From Nitrosopumilaceae archaeon (GTDB taxonomy: Archaea; Thermoproteota; Nitrososphaeria; Nitrososphaerales; Nitrosopumilaceae): a stretch of 64,000 nt of DNA. Shown here piece after piece: positions 54,966 to 64,000 of the stretch (the first letter of the stretch is position 1; every line of letters starts with the position of its first letter). The DNA is taken from assembly GCA_965207375.1 (NCBI GenBank), contig CBDBMG010000001.1:160001-224000 (forward strand). The letters run 5' to 3'. A model generated the notes under the pieces. That model saw only the letters and a program-made list of their open reading frames with translations. It did not search any database and was not told the origin of the DNA. Both the position numbers and the translations under genes were made by a program.

Positions 54966-57361
54966 GTGATAATTGTGTAGCTCCCGTAGATGCCCGGTGG
55001 GCCCAATAATGTATCACACTCCTTGGTCCCCTTTGGGTCCTATTTGTGAACGCGCGCCTCCGTAGTATACCAGTTTAGGTCCTATTTGTGCCTCGGTGTA
55101 GTCCATCGAGTGAACGCGCCTCCGTAGTATACCAGTTATTTGCAGTTTATTTGAGGTAGTCACTAGTGCAGATTGTGCTATATTGCTGCAGCAGGGTAAT
55201 GCCCCCCACACCTCTTCCCTAAACACCCAAGTATATATGAAGACCTGTTCTATATAAGGGGGTATAGTTACATGTATATTATATCATACACATAATTATT
55301 TGTGTGCACACGCATTAAAGCTCTAGCGAATAGTGCTATTACAGTTCACTTGTATAGTTGAACAGAATACTGGATTGCTTGTTTGAAGAAGTATACTTGT
55401 TTCGTGCTTGATATGTGACAGTCGCCGTCAAAATAAATGTATATGTGATCCCTCATGAAAGTAGTATGTCATTATGGTAATGTTGCCATGGGGTTTATGT
55501 TAGCACGAGGGTTTAAAGTTAACAAGAGATCCAAGGATTTCCCAATTACTGATCACATCCAAGAGATCAACGACAAGGTCTGTCTCACGGACATATAGCA
55601 CTGTGCACCTGCAAGAGTTTCGTCGCCGGGTAATTGGCCACAAATTATTGGGGATAATTTATAAAATAAAAAATAAAAATAAAAAAAAATAAATTAAAAA
55701 AATTACAATAAAGAAAAATAAGGGGTAAAATTTTAGGATTTTGAGTGCTAGCCAGCATACAATTACACATGTGTACAAGAGTACGCCACCAACAAAAATA
55801 CACAGCTGGTAAAAATTTGGAGAGCGGCATAAATTCTGTGTATGTTAGATGTATATGTATGAAAATGAAACAATTAGAAGCTGATAATCGGTTATTTAAC
55901 ATCAGTTATGGGAATTTTGAAAATAAACGACTGACAGTCAAAGTGCACAGCACTATTGGCTTATACTGTACTCCATTTTTACGTATGTGGCTGAAGTATA
56001 CATAAATAGGCACATTGTGACATGTGAATACTACTGCTCCCCCATCTTTTCATTACAAACGCAAAAGAATTTGGGACTGCATCAAGAGATTTGTGCAGGG
56101 CTGTACATTTTTGAGTACAATTGCATGCAATCGCATGTGATATATACACATGTTTATGGCCTGGTACGTATGGATATGTAAGTGTACATGTATATGTATA
56201 TGCAAGGATTATGTGGGTGTATATAATTAGATGTACTAGGCTATGAATGTGCATATAATTATATTGTATGTGTATATAATAAATTAGGCATATATGCATG
56301 CTAGTCTGGATATATGTGTACGCAAACACTGCTGATTTCAAATACTTTAAATAACAAGGGTGTGCAGGGGACATGGTGTAAACAATATATTTATCATACA
56401 TAGCTACATTTGTAGCTACTTCCTATGGCTTGGAGGGAAAGGCATTGCCTTTCTATGGCATGCTGAAATTCTTGTGGCTTCCTAGAACCCCTAAGTATTT
56501 CTACCTATACCTCTAAGCCTTCTTAGTAAAACATGCTATAGATATTTGGAATGGTAGTTATATTTAAATTATGTGAACAAAGGCCTGTTTAATTAAAGAG
56601 TAATATATAGGAGAAATAATGGAGCCCTGCACACCTTACCAAAACCCCCACCATCTGCGGACGGTGGTAGCTGCACAGTAGTAGGAAATCTACTGCTGGC
56701 CAGGGGTCTATTTGAAGGAGCAACATTAATATTATGTATTTTCCTTATAAAGGGTGATTATGTAAAGCTCCACGTATTGCATCATCATTTTCATTTGTTT
56801 GTCTGTTCCTCCCATTACTGTAAGTCTGTCAATATTAGATTGCAATTATGCATTAAAAATTTACTCAAGCAGACAAGCATAATATCCTAATAAGGTATTT
56901 TAAAAGTTGTTTTTATACTGCATGATGTCATGAAATTTTGTCTTTATGGAGTTATATGCTCATTTGTCTTTTGAACTTATGGCCTCCATAATTGATTTTA
57001 TTAGTTTGTCACTACCTACCATATAAGGCTGCTAATGGATAGACCAGATGGATATCTTTATAGGTTTCATAACAGTATGGTACTGCTCAAATGTAACATT
57101 ACACACATAAGCATCTAACATGCGAGTCTAACAGTCACTACACGTGAGTGTGCATCTGTGGTACTGCTCTGTGATGCTCTAAGCACACACAAAACCATTG
57201 TGTGTGTTTTGATTCCTCACATGTACTAATGTATAACGGGTTATACTTTCATTTGGCAGCAACAAAGAGTTTTGTTAGGGAGAGTTTTGAAAAGTTTTAC
57301 TTTCATAGAAGTCATGCTCTTTTGAAAATACAACTCCTTTGAAATAAACCCATTATACAGT

Positions 57362-58004
57362 ATATGAGGGGAAAGGATATTTAACGGAATTGGCGGAATG
57401 GCAGAAATGGGAATTTTCGTTTGGAGAGCAAACTATATAAGACTATACTGTATAGTTAAGACCATAGATTAAAAGGTGCGGCGTTTCGTGCCTCTATAAT
57501 CTATGATAAGACACAAGATTCACCACAACATAAGCACATGCCGTTCAGAGCACCAGCACCTTCTCTCACTATTCCAGAATGTTCATCATTGTCCTTGTAG
57601 TTATGTTGTAGTTAGTACTATACTGGACTCGTATGGTGATGCGGTGGGACTAACCTATCTAGGTCTTCTTCAAAAAAATTACTCAAAGTTAAATCTATCA
57701 CTTCGGACCCACACGTATTCATTTTCACAAGCTCTAACAACACAACCGCAAGGACAACGAGGAACAATGTGTTCAAAGAGAATATTCTGGAATACTGTAT
57801 CACGTGATCCCTAAGTATAGAAGGCTCTGGCGCTCTGAACAGCATGTGCTTATGTTGTGGTGAGTCTTGTACAGTACAATCTTGTATACAGTATACAGCA
57901 TAGTCTTATACAGTTTAACTGTGCTAATGTTGTACTTGCTCTCCAAATGAAAATTCCTGTGTTTCCGCCATTCCGCCAATTCCACTAAATCTCCTTTCCC
58001 ATAT
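57362..58004. mobile_element. MITE with long (~200 bp) imperfect TIRs
   Basis: GGGAAAGGATATTTAACGGAATTGGCGGAATGGC and its inverse at 57960-58000. Confidence 0.8.
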
Positions 58005-58377
58005 ATGAGTATGTAGCATAGATTATAAGGTTTCAGTGACAAAATTTCTCATAGTTTTTGTTTTTATTTTGCTGCCTCATATAACTTGATAGTAGGTGCC
58101 AAACAGTTAATTAACTCCACAGCACAAGCCTAAAACAAGAAACAACCTGTCACCAATTGGCTGACATACGTGCTTAAACTTGTGGTTCTAGATCACATGT
58201 CGATCATTAATGAAAGTGGAATGATTCATGTACATATAAAAACAAGCAAAATTGTGAAAATTAATTATGATCATAAGGTTTTGTGTATTTACGAATTTGC
58301 ATGGACAATAATAATATATTTGTATAAATGCATACATACCAAAGAAATGATGGCATGAGGAACAAATATTTTTACAG

Positions 58378-58835
58378 CTCATAGTGCTTTCCAGAATATA
58401 AACGTTGGGAACAAGTCAGTCTGTGAAGTGAATTCCACAGTACGTGAAAAATCACTCCGATTGGTTGGTGGTAGTCAACCTTACATTGGCCGTCTTGAAG
58501 TGTTCCACAATAATACATGGGGAGTAATATGTTTTGATAGATTTCGTGCTGCTGAAGGACATGTGGCATGCAGACAGTTAGGTTACAGTGTTATTTTTAA
58601 TTATGCGAATATCAGGTGAGTATAGAATGAATTGAATATTTGATGATTGTTTCTGCTATATGATGCTTCACATATATTTTTTGCTTATTTTGTAGACTAA
58701 ATGACAATCCTGTGGTGCACTATCATTCAGTGGATTGTAGAGGAGCTGAAACTAGCTTTGCAGATTGTAGTTTTGAAGACCTCCCAACTCCAACTACTCG
58801 CTGTAGTGGAGGACGTTTTGCTTCCATTCGTTGTT
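58378..58835 (+). CDS. SRCR domain 3 (exons 58378-58615 and 58696-58835)
   Basis: LRLVGGSQPYIGRLEVFHNNTWGVICFD...ACRQLGY | VDCRGAETSFADC...RC...ASIRC. Confidence 0.92.
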
Positions 58836-58885
58836 GTGAGTTAATTTGATATTTTTCTATCAACATGTTATTGAGAATTTTTCAG

Positions 58886-59325
58886 ACAATAGACCTTACC
58901 CTCCACTGGCTTCTGTTAGAATGCTTGGAGGGAGTGGTCCATATGGTGTAATTGAGGTGTTCAATGGAGGAAGGTGGGGTCCAATTTGTGATGAACATTT
59001 TGACCAAGCAGATGGTGATGTCGTATGCCGACAGTTTGGATATACTGGTGCACTTCGTGTAATAGATAATTCTTAGTAAGTACATGTATATATATATTGT
59101 GTATATGTCATGCAATATTAATTTCATCACAAACACTATCCCACCAGGAAGACTTAAGCCAGTTAATTTTGTGTTGTGTTTTTAATAGTCTTGAAGTTGG
59201 TAGAAATTTCTTACTCATGACTAATGTACATTGTATTGGAAATGAAACTCACTTGTGGAACTGTCCATTTACTAATGCCACAGAGGTCAAATGTAATTAT
59301 TACAATCAAGTTGCAGTCCACTGTG
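58886..59325 (+). CDS. SRCR domain 4 (exons 58886-59075 and 59189-59325)
   Basis: VRMLGG...IEVFNGGRWGPICDEHFDQADGDVVCRQFGY | NVHCIGNETHLWNC...KC...VAVHC. Confidence 0.93.
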
Positions 59326-59360
59326 GTATGTACCAATGTTAATATATATACGTACTACTA

Positions 59361-60933
59361 CAAGGGCGGCGGAGGCAACTTTTGATAGGTCCGGCCAGGG
59401 GTATGGCTGTTAGGGAGAAGTGTGCAAGGCACACTCAGCATGCTAATGCTAGGGGGTCTGGGGACATGCCCCCCCAGGAAATTTTTGGAAAAAACATGCT
59501 CTGAGATTGTATCTGAGAGCTTTCTCAGCCAGAACTTATAGCTTCTCCATAATTATATAGCGGCAGTGGATATTGAACCGAAGGTCGGTTCAATGGGCGT
59601 AGGCGGTGGATATTGAACCGTAAGTCACGTGCACATTATTTTGGGACTTAGACAATTTTTAGAAAAGTTTTATATATTGAAAAGAAAAAGGTCTATCTTG
59701 GACTTGAACTTGGTTGCTTACAGCTACTGCTAACACTAAAACTAACCCTAACCCTAATCCTGGGCACCGACCCAGGCCACTAACCGTGGTAAAGCCGGCC
59801 TGGGCACCGACCCAGGCCGCTAACACCGTGGCAAAGCTGGCCTGGGCACCGACCCAGGCCACTAACCGTGGCAAAACCGGCCTGGGCACTAACGCTCACC
59901 TCTAACCGGCTTGGATATATATAAGCTACCAAAATAATGCGCACGTGACTTACGGTTCAATAACCACTTCCTTATATAGCATATAACTATGTGTGTTAAT
60001 TTCCTATCAGTTCATGTCCAATAAAATAATTATAGCTATAGCCATAATCCAGAAATAAGTTAAGGTGGGTGGCTGGCTTAGGTTTCAGTTTGGGTCTTTC
60101 ATATGTTGTGTGCATTACCATAGCAAGATAGCTACATGAAGTGCAGAGTGTTGGCCTAGCTTGTTTAGTGAGCGAAACATACTCAGCATGCTCTTGCTAA
60201 GTGCATGGTCTAGGGGCATGCCCCCAGAAAAATTTTGAAAATTTGCCCTCTTGAGATTGAATCTGGAAGTAGTTTTGACTGAAAATTAAACTACATAAAT
60301 GCTCAGCAACTGTGCTGGCCACTTGTACTATAGTTAAATCAACACTGGCAAGTGACATGTCATAACTGTAATGATTTAATTTGCATGTCTGAGTAGTTGC
60401 ATAACCATTCATGGTGGGTGGCTAGCCACCCCATCCACCCCCCCTGGATCAGTCCCTGCATAAGTAATAACAGTTACAGGTTACAAACAGTTCAAAGGCT
60501 CTAAAACATTACTGACGGTGAGCTACATTGGCGCCAGCCATCACTTCAAAAACCATATCCTTAGATTCATCGCTTTTGAAAGCAGCAACTCTGTGGTGGA
60601 TAAAATCGATTTAAGGTATAATTAGTATTGGAAGAACTAGCACAATCAGCATCCATCAGTGAAAACTTACACTTGGTCGTCACCGACATGTGTCACATGA
60701 TATGCGCGTGTACTGAGAACTACTGTAAGTGCAATTGATTCATGGACTAAATGAACTAGAGTATCCTTTTTATAGTGTAGCTAAATAATTATACGTATCC
60801 TATCCGTGAAGTAGCAACAATTCTACACAATCGTCTCAGGTGTGTTTTTTGGTCTACCCGAAAATATTAGAATCTTCATGGAAAAGTGGTCCGGCTAAAA
60901 ACCGGACCAGCCGGACCGGTTCCGCCGCCCTTG
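59361..60933. mobile_element. Non-autonomous hAT element with nested insertions
   Basis: TIR CAAGGGCGGCGGA and TSD TACTACTA/TACTAATA. Confidence 0.82.
59565..59971. mobile_element. Second copy of the TAACCC / GC-repeat TIR element
   Basis: About 40-bp TIR GTGGATATTGAACCGTAAGTCACGTGCACATTATTTTGG; lacks most of the tRNA-like segment. Confidence 0.85.
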
Positions 60934-60968
60934 TACTAATACATTGTATACATATACAAACTTAATAG

Positions 60969-61351
60969 GCTCCAATTCATCAATGTCATATGGAGCACTT
61001 CGGTTGACTGGTAGTAATAGCAGTACTGGAAGACTTGAGATAAATTTTGAAGGTAGCTGGGGAAGTGTATGTTCACGAAACTTTGCCGCAATTGATGGGC
61101 ATGTGGCATGCAGACAACTAGGATTTAAAGGAGTTATCAGTATCTCTAACGTTACCAATGCATGGTTTGTGTCATTATATAACTACATGCATGGATAGCA
61201 CAATTGTGATTGTACAGGATAGATACAGCTAACCACACAATATTTCTGAATGAAGTTCACTGTAAAGGCTATGAAGAAAAATTGATGGATTGCAGGCATA
61301 GATATGGTGATAATGTTTGTACCTATGATGAAGATGTACTGCTTTCTTGTG
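60969..61351 (+). CDS. SRCR domain 5 (exons 60969-61164 and 61218-61351)
   Basis: LRLTGSNSSTGRLEINFEGSWGSVC...ACRQLGF | IFLNEVHCKGYEEKLMDC...VCTYDEDVLLSC. Confidence 0.93.
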
Positions 61352-61871
61352 GTATGTTTTAATTCCACACATTGTAATTAATTTTTCTTAAGGATTGTGT
61401 CAAGTACCTTATTAGCCTTTATTGCATTTTGTGTGGGCGGATCAAAGGGTTCAACAGTTCTATATCTACCATAATGTGTCAAGGAGGTAGTCATAGAACT
61501 GTGGTTGGGTAGTTATAGAGCGCTAGAGTAGTTATAGAATGGTAGCTCATTGACACTTTTCACCATTTATTTGTGCAATTCCTTTATTTATACTATCAAA
61601 GAACTGTGTTTTATTCGCACATTAATAGGTTAATAGGTGTATAATACAATAAAACACTTAAAGCATTGACACTTTGTTTGTATGAAAGATACAGCTCTTG
61701 GTGAGGGTCTCGTGACAAATATAGCACTCAGCTTCGCCTCGTGCTATATTTGCCACTCGACTCTCACCTCCAGCTGTATATTTCATACAAACTGGCAGCA
61801 GTGCTTTAAGTAATACTTAATATGTACGTACTTTAAGGGACTTGTGTTACTTCTATTTAAATTGTTCACAG

Positions 61872-63720
<1,849 letters not shown>

Positions 63721-64000
63721 GTGAGGCTAAGAATACTTATTTACATAATTATGTTATACATGTGTATACAGACATACATAAGGTACTAATCGGTCAGGCC
63801 CTATGGCCTATTGTTTAACCTGTAGCTATAGAAGAATGACTTCCTTAGCTGAGTAGGAATTATTATTTAAATACTTCTACAAATTGCAGAACAATTTTGG
63901 ATATTTGAATATTAGTTTCAAAATAAAATTATTGACACCACGTTTCACTATATAACTTTACAATGCTTGTTTATGCATAAGTGAATTGAGGCATTTATTC

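Overview
AT-rich, intron-containing animal DNA, inferred to be a demosponge from the SRCR, Calx-beta and Ig exon styles and a cox1 NUMT with an in-frame TGA in its N-terminal extension. Two host cell-surface receptor loci lie on the + strand. The first is an Ig/Ig/Ig-Calx-beta-TM gene with a short Tyr-containing tail (about 0.25-19.1 kb); its first Ig exon carries a TGG>TGA stop. The second is a signal-peptide, multi-SRCR gene (33.4 kb to beyond 63.7 kb) with six SRCR domains, each split over two exons. Introns and the intergenic space are packed with mobile DNA. The most unusual item is a Helitron-type PIF1 helicase fused to two tandem USP (peptidase C19) deubiquitinase domains, one with Cys>Ser and one with an intact catalytic set (25.5-29.3 kb, now broken by 2 stops and 2 frameshifts). 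Also present: Helitron-like elements with a TC+hairpin end and ~180-200-bp-arm palindromes, a spliced DEDDh exonuclease behind a TTAA-bounded end, hAT, pogo, IS3EU-like and CR1 relics, many MITEs, a TIR element carrying a tRNA-like segment plus TAACCC repeats, and a deleted cox1 NUMT. Exon boundaries and family assignments were read by eye; no database search was run.
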